Assembly (NCBI RefSeq): GCF_028641065.1
Contig: NC_073388.1
Coordinates: 37,820,001 to 37,884,000 of the forward strand
DNA: 64,000 bases
Source: Leucoraja erinacea
Lineage: Eukaryota
Direction: 5' to 3'
Under the pieces are notes generated by a model that had not been told where the DNA came from, did no database searches, and saw only the letters and a list, made by a program, of their open reading frames with translations. Positions 49,586-61,085 of this stretch are shown in pieces. Each line of letters begins with the position of its first letter. Position 1 is the stretch's first letter. The translations under genes and the position numbers were made by a program.

Positions 49586-50807
49586 CAACCTCAGGCCGGA
49601 CACCTTCCCATGACTACTCTCTCCATCATCTGACTTGGCCATCTCCCACCTCATCTCACCTGGGTCAAACCCACCATCTCCCCTTGTTAGCTCAGAAACT
49701 TTGGGAGTTGCAAGGATGTCATTCAGGTAGTAAGGATGCAGGGAAAGTTTCACAAAGATGATGCCGGGATTGGAGGGTTTGAGAAAGCGGGAGAGACGGA
49801 ATGTGCTCGGACATTACCTGAAAACAAAGCAGGCAGAGGGGTGACATTATAGAGGTACTGTTTTGGGGTGGGGGGAGAATAGATAGGGTGAGGAGTCTCT
49901 GTTTTTCCCAGGGTGGGGGAGTCTAAAGTGAGATGGTTAGGTTTCATGTGGAAAGATTTAATGGGGATCCGAGGGTCAACTTTTTCACTCAGAGGATGGT
50001 GGATATGTGGAATGAGCTGTCAGAGGAGGTCGTTGAGGCAGGTACAGTAACAACATTTAAAAGACATTTGGACAGGCACATGGATAGGAAAGGTTTGGAA
50101 GGACATGGGCCAAACATAGGTAAATGGGACTACCTTCATTGTTCCGTGGGTGGTACATATGACAATTAAAAACTCTTGACTCCTGAACCTCCGTCGATGA
50201 AGTTGTTCCCGTGAACAGTTCAGGAAACCTCACTATCTCTGTAACACTCCAGTCGCGCCCTGGTAATTCCCTTTGGCCACAGTGACTGCAAACCAGTGCC
50301 CCAGATATAAGGTACTCCCTGCTGAGAACCACGAATGTCGAAGTTGCTCCCTACCATGGAGCCATTGTTCTTGCTCCTGCCTAATGACCATGCATCCTGC
50401 TCACAAACTGTTAATAAAGTTTAGGCTCAAACCTTGTGCCTCAGCAGTCCTGTCAGTGGAAAATGAACTGCCCTCACAGTGAGTCTCTGGTGCTTGGTGC
50501 ACGAAAAGTACAGGCTTCACTTCCAAACAATAATTGCAGATAAGTCAATTGGCTAAATATTAAGTGTGGAGTGAGGTTGCTGCTGTTATTACGTATCACT
50601 GTCTTCATTACTGTAATGAATTTAGGTGCCGTGGCTCCACTTGGCAGACCAGCTCCTCATCTCAACACCATCCATTCCTGAGAAGGTGTCAATGAATCGC
50701 TGGAGTCTTTCATTGAGCCTGTAAACCGAGGGGTGCTGGAGGGGCACAGATGTCGGGGTCACTGACCCTCTGGCAAATTTCCCACAGCAGCATGCCAAGT
50801 GTTCCGA

Positions 50808-51096
50808 TTTGGGATTGTCCAACAGTTGGGATTGTTCCACATTTGGTATTGTCAATAGTTGGGATTGTCCCATAGTTGGGATTGTCAATGGTTGGGATTG
50901 TCCCACAGTTGGGATTGTCAATGGTTGGGATTGTCCCACAGTTGGGATTGTCCCACAGTTGGGATTGTCAATGGTTGGGATTGTCCCACAGTTGGGATTG
51001 TCCCACAGTTGGGATTGTCATTGGGTGGGATTGTCAATAGTCAGGATTGTCAATAGTCGGGTTTGTCAAGGGTTGGCATTGTCCCACGGTTGGGCT
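50808..51096. repeat. Minisatellite of ~17 units of 16-17 bp
   Basis: Units gttgggattgtcccaca and gttgggattgtcaatg. Confidence 0.92.
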
Positions 51097-53919
51097 CAGG
51101 AGGTCGGTCCCCTGTGACTGGGGAGGAGGTGGCGGTCATTTGAGCCTGGCATGAGGCGGTGGGGGATGAGGACCATCAGGGCCAGCACAATGTTGGGAGG
51201 GCTGAGGGAAGATCAGGCACAATTGTGCAATCCAGCCTGCAGTGGAGATACTGCCGAGGGGCAGCTCATGGTGGCAGCCTGAGAGTGAGTGGCTGGCAGA
51301 GTTGTTGTGTGGGAGGGGGGGGCAGGTCAGTGGCGGGTGCCCAAAGGTGTATTTCATCATTAATAAGTCTCTCCATTGGGCATTACGATGTGAAGACAGA
51401 TCATAAAGTCATTGGGCTATGCAACTGGAACCAGGCTCTTCGGTCCAACTTGGCCATGCTGACAAAAATGTCTAACCAAGCCAGTTCCGCTTGCCTATGC
51501 CTGGCTGGCCCATATCCTTCTGAATCATTCCTATCCATTTTCCGTCCAAATGTCTGTTAAATGTTGTTACAGTACCTGCCTCAATTACCTCTTCTGGGAG
51601 CTCTTTCCGTATACCCAACGACCTCTGGATGAAAAAGTTGCCTGTGAGGTTCCTTTTAAATCTTTCCCCTCTCAGATTAAATCTATGCAATTTAGATTTA
51701 GAGTTTCCTACTGTGGGAAAAAAGATGAATTACTTACTCTATCTATGCCCCTCCTAATGTTACAAACCTCTCCAAGGACACTTCTTTGGGATGGCCAGAG
51801 GCTTTTTTATAACATGTCACTCAGCAGGCTTATCGGAAAAGAAAGAGGATGTTGATGACATGGACATGCAGCTGTCAAAATAAGAGAGGGCCTTATTGGT
51901 GAATGGTTGCAGGAAGGTAAATCAGGGTATTCTGAAGAGATCAGTGTTGGGGGCCATTGGTTTTTTAAATCTATATTAATGACCTAGATTTAGTGTGTAA
52001 GCCACATTTTCTACATTAACAGCTGATTCAAAATCTGTCAGTATTGTGAATTGTGAAGAGGTTGGGAGGACATGAACAGGCTGATGCGTGGCAGATGATG
52101 TTTCAGGTGAAGTAAGTTGAAGTGATGTGATTTGGTAGGAAGAATGAGGAGAGGTTTCATAGAACAAAGGATTCTTTGCTAACCGGGGTGCAGGAGCAGA
52201 GAGCGCTGGGCGTATGGGTGGCAGAGCTCCTGTGAAAGTTGTTAATACAGCAAAGGCAGTTCTAGACTCTGGTAATACACAAACGCAACACAAGAGCAAG
52301 GATGTTACGCTCAACCTTGACAAAACACAAGTCTAGTTTCAATTTGCATATTGTGTTCATTTATGTTTGTCTCCTTATGGGAAGGAGGTGAAGTTATTGG
52401 AGGGGTTCCAGAAGAGATTTGACAGAATGGTTCCAGAGATGAAGGACTACAGTTACAAGGAGAAAGTGGAGAGGCTGGGACTGTATATCTAAATGAGGAG
52501 TACAAAGATGGAAGTAAAACTATGAGAGGTCAGGACAGTGGGAGGCTGTCACCTTTGGTGGTGGGATCAGACTCAATGTGACAGGTATAAAATCAAGTGA
52601 AACAGGATTATTAGTCTCATGATAAAAAACATTTTTTTTGCATCAAAATTTTTTAAGCTACAGAGAGGGGTAAATGGATAGACCATAGAACTTTACAACA
52701 GAAACAGACCCATCGACCCACAATGTCGCTGCCAAGTATGATGCTAGGTCAAATCTATTCTGCCTGTACTTGATCAACATCCCTCAATTTCTGTATATCC
52801 ATGTGCCTATTTAAAAGACTCAAACAACGCTACATATCTGCCTCCACTAATACCTTGCAGTGTGTTACAGGTACTCACCATCCTCTGCATAAACAATATG
52901 TCCTGCACATCTGCTTTAAACGTTACCCCTCTCACCTTAGGGCAGTGCCCTCTAGTCTTTGACATTTCCAGCCTTCGAGAAAGGTTCTGACTGTCTACCC
53001 TATCTATGCCACTCATAATTAATAAACCTTTACCAGGTCTCCCCTCATCCTCCGACACTCCAGAAGAAGCGAGTTACTCTGGTGGAGACATAGATACAAG
53101 GCCGCCTGTGTTCACATGCAGAAAGGTTTTCACAATATCCAGGCTTAGTGCAGTGAGAACTCAATGCTATCCTTGCAGCAAAGATGCCAGGCAGAGATCC
53201 TCTCTAGAGTCCAATCACATCCCTTCCAAATGTACTTGCTGCAAAACCCATCATCCTGGCGTGAGATGGCACGATCTCCACTTGCCTTGTTAAGTACAGC
53301 TCAAATAATGATCAGGAAATTTGACACGATGCAGGATAAAGCAATCCCGTACAGCTCCCCATAATTCAATCCCTTCATCCCCAAGCGTAGTTTGGTAGTA
53401 ACATGCAACTGGTAAATGCACTGCAATAGACCCACTAAGCTCTACAATAGCCTTTGAGATTTTCCTCACCTACTAGGACTAGGGCATGAAAATGCCACCA
53501 TCCCAGGTTCTGCTCCAAAGCATGCAACAGTCCGACTTTGAAATATATCTCAATTTTCCATTATTGCAAAGTGCCAGCACCTTTGCCGCACACGTGCAGC
53601 CGTCAAAATAGCACAGTAAGTGTGGGTGCAGTGTGTCAGTGAGGCTGTTCACTATCACCTTCCCATGGATAACACAGGAGGCATGAAAAGTTGGCCTTGC
53701 AGTAATCACCCTCTATGAATCGAGACGATGTACACAGCTGGACATGGTCCTCAGAACATTCACCGCTGATGGGCGAATGGGTGAAAGCTCTCTGTTTCTT
53801 GGTTCTGCTGGTATTACTGCAGCCCACTGCCCCAGGCCAGGAGTTGTACTGTCTGAGTCAAGAGAGAAATCCACTCAGCCGTTTATCTTCAAATTGCTCT
53901 TGACGTGCTGAGTACCTGA

Positions 53920-54370
53920 ATTCCATCATCAAAGACCCACACCACCCTGGCCACACTCCCATCTCACTGACCACAGACCTACACCACCCAGGTCATGCTC
54001 TCATCTCACTGACCACAGACCCACACCACCCAGGTCATGCTCTCATCTTGCTGCTACCATCGGGAAGAAAGTACAGGAGTCTCTGAACCATGACCTCCAG
54101 GTTCAAGAACAGTTTCATCCCAGCAACCAACAGGCTCGTGAACACTGCACACCATTAACCTCAGCAACTATGATCTTCTGTGGACCGTGTCTTTGGTTGC
54201 ACTATGGACGTCTGTTTATCCATTCATATTATGGGTATTAATGTATTGAATTTTTATTGATCATTTAATTTATTTGCGTGTATTCTATTTACAGATCTGA
54301 TAAGCTGCAACAAGTAAGAATGCCGTTGTTCTGTGTCAGTACATATGATAATTAACCACCCTTGACTTGA
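53920..54370 (+). mobile_element. Rex1-type LINE 3' end containing a 42-bp unit repeated three times (53933-54050)
   Basis: catcatcaaagacccacaccaccctggccac...ccatcgggaagaaagtacaggagt...ccaggttcaagaacagtttc. Confidence 0.7.
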
Positions 54371-54914
54371 TAACCTGCCTCCTTCTCACCCCTTCCTAAA
54401 TCTCCACACCCTTGTCACCCAGTAATATCCACTCCATATTTGATGTCTGCCGTCTCATCTCATTCACATATCTAATCCTGGATGTGAGTCCTAGTATCTG
54501 ATGTCAGAATGAACACAAGAACAGGGTGCCAGCTCGCTCTTGCCTTACCTCTCCAGCGATGCAGCTGCCTGAACTCCAATTACCCATTTAATTTAAAAAT
54601 CATCGCTACCTTTCCCTTGAAAAATGTACTTGTGCTTTCAATCTATTTTGCAACAGCTGATTACCATTTATACTGGTTATCAGCAGCTCCCATAAGCCCA
54701 CGGTAAGTAAGGACATCTGTTGCCACAGAAATGCTCTGCTCAGGCTCTCAGTCACATTGCCACAACTATTCTAAGGGAGCCTCAATGTCGTCTGATTCCT
54801 GCTTTTAATTTTGCCTCCCAGATTACTTAGAATTGTCAGACACATGGCATTGGGTGTCTGGCTATTTCTGTGTCCACTGGGCAGTGGGATTTAGGGAGTA
54901 CCAGACCGCCTGTT

Positions 54915-55225
54915 TAATTTTGAGATACAGCATAGAAACAGGTCCTTCGGCTCACCGAGTCCACGCAGACCATTGATCGCCCATTCACACCAGTTCTATG
55001 TTATTCCAGTTTCTCATCCACTCCGTACACACTAAGGTCAATTTACAGAGGATAATAAAACATCAAACCCGCACAGCTTTGGGATGTGGGATGAAACCGG
55101 AGCACCCAGAGTAAAGCCACACAGTCACAGGGAGAACATGTAAACTCCACACAGACAGCACCGAAGTCAGGATCAAACCCGTGTCACTGGCGCTGTAAGG
55201 CAGCAACTCTACAGCTGTGCCACCT
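54915..55225 (-). mobile_element. V-SINE (HE1-like)
   Basis: SINE head, core and tail. Confidence 0.8.
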
Positions 55226-57579
55226 AATGTGCTCTGTACTCTGTTTGGAAATTGCTTAATCAGCATCCTCCGTTGCATGTCTCATCATGCTCCATGGGCA
55301 AATACTGGCCACAGGGTGGGCTTGTGGAGCACCAGAGGCACACACCATGGGGGCAAGTGGAGGAACAAACACACATGAAGCTGTGGGCCTGGGTACATGT
55401 TTCAACCTAAATTCCTGTGTTTGTCTCTTTGGACTCAACTTACTCTCCACTTCCCCTGCAGACATCAAGTTGTACTCAGGAAATGACTTGTGAAGCACAG
55501 CAGGAATGTTATAGAAGATACATTTGACATTCCACAGAAGAAAGTGTCAACCTTTTCAAGAAAACGAATCATTAGTTTTTACGGTGGAGTGGTGGCCAGC
55601 ATTTATTACCTATCCTTTATTGCCCTTCAGATGCTGCCTTCTTGAACCTTGTTTGTAGAAGTACTTTTCCAGTGATCTGGGGAGGAATTTTGACCCACTT
55701 TTTCCAAAGATGTTTGACATTTCTGAAAATGTTCATTTTACTTAAAGTGAATTGCTGAATTGGTTTAATGACTTAAATGTTAATAGACAAATCAATTCTG
55801 GTCTCAATCACGATGAACAACTTGAAAACAAATCAATGTTGTAATAAATCCTACTAATTTATGTTTAAACCTAGTGCAGAGATTGTGGATATGAATCACT
55901 TAAATAGGCTTGCAGTGGGGTGCGGGGGAGTTTTCAGAGCTGGTGTACCAGCAGAGGGGCTTTATAATGTAGAGACAATGAACTGCAGGTGCTGGTTTAC
56001 ATAGAAAGACACAAAGTGCTGGAGTAACTCAGAAGGTCATGCAGCATCTCTGGGGGACATGGATAGGTGGTGTTTCGGTTTGAGACCCTTTTTCAGACAA
56101 TATTCCACATAGGGGAAACTGAATTCAAGAACCCCAAGATAAGATAAAGTCATAGTCATACAGTGTGGAAACAGGCCCTTCGGCCCAAGTTGCCTTGGCC
56201 GACCAACTTGCCCCTTCTACACTAGTCTCTTTGCCTGTGTCTGGCCCATATCCCTCTGTACCTGCCCAAATGTCTCTTAAATGTTAAGATAGTACCTGCC
56301 TCAACCTCCTCCTCCGGCAACTTGTCCCGTACACCCACCACTCTTTGTGTAGAAACGTTACCGTGCATGTCTCTATTAAATCTTTCTCCTCCTCACCTCG
56401 GTTGACCATCAAATAATCCATTCCAGAATAGTGTAGAAATAGTGTAGAAGTCCAGAGAGCAGTGTGAATGTGGGTCTTGGGACAACAGGATGAATATGAG
56501 CCTTATCAGGGTGGTACCTAAAAGGATAGGTGTCCATGGGAGATGAAGTGTATGACAAGGTTTACATAAAGAGCACTGGGAGAAGGATGGAGGATATTCA
56601 CCTGGACCAGACACTGGGCCAAATGTATGTTCAAAGGGAGGAGAACAATCTACACAGAAGTGAATGTCCAATGTGAAATGAGAAGACTCCTGACTCACTC
56701 CAAGCTAGAAAAATATGCGATATGACTAAATACTGGAGGGAAGTATTATTTAAGTCTGATAAAGCCATACATATAACCCTGAAGTAAAAAACTAAAGCAG
56801 GATGAGATCAAAGGGCCACACAAAGTGCTGGAGTTACTCAGTGGGTCATACAGCAAAAGAAGGGTCCTGACGAAAGGTCACCTATCCATGTTCTTCAGAG
56901 ATATTGCCTGACCTGCTGAGTTACTCCTTGTGTCCACAGGATGTAATCATTTGGTGTCTTTCGTCTGTTTCACCATTCAATAGGATCGCGCCTGATCATT
57001 TAATTCAGTGCCACCTTCCTGCATGAACTCCATATTCCTTAATTCCCTAAACGCTCAAGAACCTACTGACCCTTGCCTTTAATGTACTCCATGGCTGAAG
57101 CTTCACTTCCCTCTTGGGGAGAGAATTCCAATCATTCACTACCCTCTGGGTGAAGATATTTATTCCATCTCTGTTGTAGATGGCTCGCACCTTGTTTTGA
57201 GTTTATGTCTTCTGGTTTTGGACACCAGGAATCTGCACCTCCCCATTTCAAGTCTTGTAAGAATTGTGCACATTTCAGTACATTCACCTTTCTTTCACCT
57301 AAACTCAAGGGATATCCAGACCTAATCTTTTTCAGCTCAGCTGATAGGACATTGTTTGAGGATTGAGGCAGGAAAGGTTGAAAATACTCAACATGTCAGG
57401 CAACGGTTTTGAAGAGAGAGAAAATTAACATTTCAGGTTGATGAGATTTTGTGAGAACTGATGAAGAGTCACTGTTCTGAAAGATTAACCCTGTTTCTCT
57501 CTCCACAAGTGCTGCCTGACCTTATGAATATTTTCAGCAATTTCTAATTACATTTGAGACTTGAGAGAAATATAAAATG

Positions 57580-58330
57580 ACGCAGCTAGTGAAGCTGCTA
57601 CCTTACAGCACCAGACATCGAGGTTCAATCCTGACTATGGTGGTGTCTGCATGTGTTTGCTGTGGGGCTTCGAATTCCTCCCACATCCAGGTGACGTGTG
57701 GGTTTGCAGGTTAATTGGTCTCTGTAAATTGTCCCTATTGTGTAGGGAGTTGATGAGAAAGTAGGATAACATAGCAATAGTATGAACAGATGATTGATGA
57801 TTGGTATGGACTTGATGGGCCGAAGGGCCAGTTTCCATGCTGTATCTGTGAACTAACCTGAACTAAACTATTTCCGCAGTCTACAGTATTTTACTTTTTA
57901 ACAGTGCTTTTTTGTGGACAAAAAGGTGTCGTGGGCATATCAATTAAAAAGTAGGCCACATTTATCAACAATTTTTTCCCATCTATATACACCCCTCTCC
58001 TGCTTTCATTTTGTGACCAATCAACGTTTGAGTTTGAGTTTAGTTTACAGTGACGTAGCAGCAGAGTTGCTGACTTACAGCGCCAGAGACCCGGGTTCAA
58101 TCCTGGCTACGGGTGCTGTCTGCACCAAGTTTGTACGTTCTCCCTGTGACTGTGTGGGTTTACACTGGATGCTCCAGCTTCCGCCCATGTTCCAAAGACA
58201 TGCAGGTTTGTCGGTTAATTGGCCTCTGCAAATTGTCCCGCGTGTGTGGGATAGAATTAGTATACGGGTGATCGCTGGTCGGCACAGACTCATGGGCCGA
58301 AGTTTCCATGCTCTATCTCTATAACTAAAC
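57580..58330 (+). mobile_element. Two V-SINEs (~57580-57870 and ~58045-58330)
   Basis: Each has a ttacagc(a/g)ccaga head and a gggccgaag tail. Confidence 0.8.
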
Positions 58331-58889
58331 AATATTAAACCAAACTAAGCTTCAAATTGAATAAACTAATAAATAAAAAGTATAAAATCAACATGTAAAG
58401 CACTAAATATTATTAAAATAATATACGCTAAAACATTTACCAAACATACGTGACAAGTTGACGGAAAACAAAAGACGATGATTGTCCCCGTCATCGATAA
58501 AATGGTTCTAAGGACACGAGTGGCTGCTGTACATTAAATAATCACATCCCAGCTGCTGCTATGACAACCTAGAAACGGTGTGAGTTGTTTAATAACCTGC
58601 CCGCCTAACTTAATTATTACCTTTTAATTTTTATATTTTAGTCAATCTTTTTGTAATAAGATGGGTAAATTTTAATTGAAGAGCATCAAAATTAAACTTC
58701 TAACAACTTGCTCATCTAGTGTTTAACTTTATAGGGGTGCTGGTACATTGTACCGGCATGTACTCCACAGGGAAAGCACTGCTTTTCAATCCCAAGATAT
58801 AGTTTGGTGAGTCTTCTTGGCACTCCTCTATTGCAAGTACATTCTTCCTTTGGTAGGAGTGGTCAGACCCCTGCAGAATATTCCACCTA

Positions 58890-59100
58890 AGATAGACACA
58901 AAATGCTGGAGACAGGCAGCATCTCTGCGGAGAAGGAATATGTGACGTTTTGGGTCGAGACCCTTCTTCAGTCTGAAGGTCTTGACCCAAAATGTCACCC
59001 ATTCCTTCTCTCCGTCCATGCTCTCTGTCCTTTTGGGTTACTCCAGCATTTTGTGTCTATCTTTGGTGCAAACCAGCATCTACAGTTCCTTCCTACACAT
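58890..59100. mobile_element. Palindromic head-to-head Penelope-tail element
   Basis: ...gtgacgttttgggtcgagacccttcttcag|tctgaaggtcttgacccaaaatgtcacc...; TSD aatattccaccta (58877-58889) / aatattgcaccta (59101-59113). Confidence 0.7.
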
Positions 59101-59302
59101 AATATTGCACCTACTGGTTCTCTATATATTGTTGGAACTGGATGCCCCTGCTCTTAACATGGCGTCTGAAAGCCACACAGCACGGAAACAGCTCCTCTGG
59201 CCCACCAACACCATGTGGTCACCAAGTTAATCCGACACTAATGTTAGTTTCCTCACATTCCCATCAACTCTCCCCTTTATAGTATAAGAGCAGGTATAAG
59301 AT

Positions 59303-59920
59303 ATAGTATAGGAGCAGGGAGGTTCTACTGCAGTTGTACAGGGTCTTGGTGGGACCACACCTGGAGTATTGCGTACAGTTTTGGTCTCCTAATCTGAGGA
59401 AAGACATTCTTGCCATAGAGGGAGTACAGAGAAGATTCACCAGACTGATTCCTGGGATGGCAAGACTTTCATATGAAGGAAGACTGGATAGACTCGGCTT
59501 GTACTCGCTAGAATTTAGAAGATTGAGGGGGGATCTTATAGAAACTTACAAAATTCTTTAGGGGTTCGACAGGCTAGATGCAGGAAGATTATTCCCGATG
59601 TTGAGGAAGTCCATAACAAGGGGTCACAGTTTAAGGATAAGAGGGAAGTATTTTACGACCGAGATGAGAAAATCATTTTTTACACAGAGAGTGGTGAATC
59701 TGTGGAATTCTCTACCACAGAAGGTAGTTGAGGCCAGTTCATTGGCTGGATTTAAGAGGGAGTTAGATGTGGCCCTTGTGGCTAAAGGGATCAGGGGGTA
59801 TGGAGAGAAGGCAGGTATGGGATATTGATTTGGATGATCAGCCATGATCATATTGAATGGCGGTGCAGGCTCGAAGGGCCGAATGGCCTACTCCTGCACC
59901 TATTTTCTATGTTTCTATGT
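59303..59920 (+). mobile_element. CR1 LINE 3' part, same young subfamily as 10612-12571
   Basis: YRVLVGPHLEYCVQFWSPNLRKDILAIEGVQRRFTRLIPGM; tail ctatgtttctatgtt. Confidence 0.9.
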
Positions 59921-60774
59921 TACCCGTATGCTCGGGGCCACATAAATCTACCACACCACACGTATTTGGGATGAGGGAGAAAGCCAGAACACCCATTGGA
60001 AACCCACATAGTCACAGAGGAACCGTGCAAACTCCACCCAGACATCAGCAGGCCAGGATTAAACCGTGGTAGCTGGAGCTGTGAGGCAGCAGTTGTGCTA
60101 TTGTGCTGTCTTCCTAGAAAGGCCAATGAACAATGTGCTTCCTAATAACTATCTGTTCCTGCATGATAACTGTCAGAGATTTGTTTCAGTTCCTCTTTGC
60201 ACTAACAGTCTTCTGTGTGTGAGTATATAAAAAATAATCTGATTTTCTATTTTTATTTCACCAATTTTTTTTTCATCAAGGAATACAACTGTTGGTGCAT
60301 ATAAATATCTGAGAGCGAAATGCTTCCAAATGTTTACTAGTTTCAGTGTCATAGACTCATGGGATGAGGGAGTGCAAAAGGAATCTTCATGGTCAGTGAT
60401 GTCTGGACTTCCTACAATTGCAAGTCAGCTGGTCAAATGCTCCGTGGTGTTGTCAATGTCGTGGCAAATGCTGCAGCCAATTTTAGCAAGATACTCCCAC
60501 AAACAACAATAAGCGGCCACACAAAGTGCTGGAGCAACTCAGCGGGTCAGGCAGCACCTGTGGCGATTGCTTGAAGCTGCCAATAAATGGTTGTGGGGAC
60601 AGCCTGAATTCCAGATAGAACTGGAGTCATACTGCACGAAAACAGGCCCTTTGGCCCAACTCGGTCATGCCGACCAAGATGCCACTTCTATGCTAGTCAT
60701 ATTTGCCCACGGTTTGGCCCATATCCCTCCAAACCTTTCCTATCCATTTACTGTACCTGTCCAAGTGCCTTTTA

Positions 60775-61085
60775 AGGGCAGCACAGTGGTGCAGCGGTAT
60801 AGTTCTGCCTTACAGCGCCAGAGTCCCAGGTTCAATCCTGACCATAGGTGCTGTCTGTACATCGGTACTTTCTCCTTGTGACCGCGTGGGGTTTTTTATG
60901 AGTGCTCCCGTTTCCACTTACACTTCAAAGACATGAAAGTTTGTAGGTTAATTGGCTCTGGTAAAAATTGTAAATTGTCCATTGTGTGTGGGAAGCTGTT
61001 AACGTATGGGGTGATCGCTGATCGGCGTGGACGCAATGCAACAAAAAGGCCTGTTTCTGCTGTGTATCTCTAAAGTCTAAAGTAA
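60775..61085 (+). mobile_element. V-SINE nested in a CR1 3' fragment; further copies at ~59935-60110, 61800-62027, 63555-63870
   Basis: ggcagcacagtggtgcagcggta head; ctctaaagtctaaagt tail. Confidence 0.8.

Noticed and set aside
50808-51096. Possible CRISPR-like array of palindromic repeats
   Set aside because: Units are contiguous with no unique spacers, there are no cas genes, and the context is a vertebrate intron.
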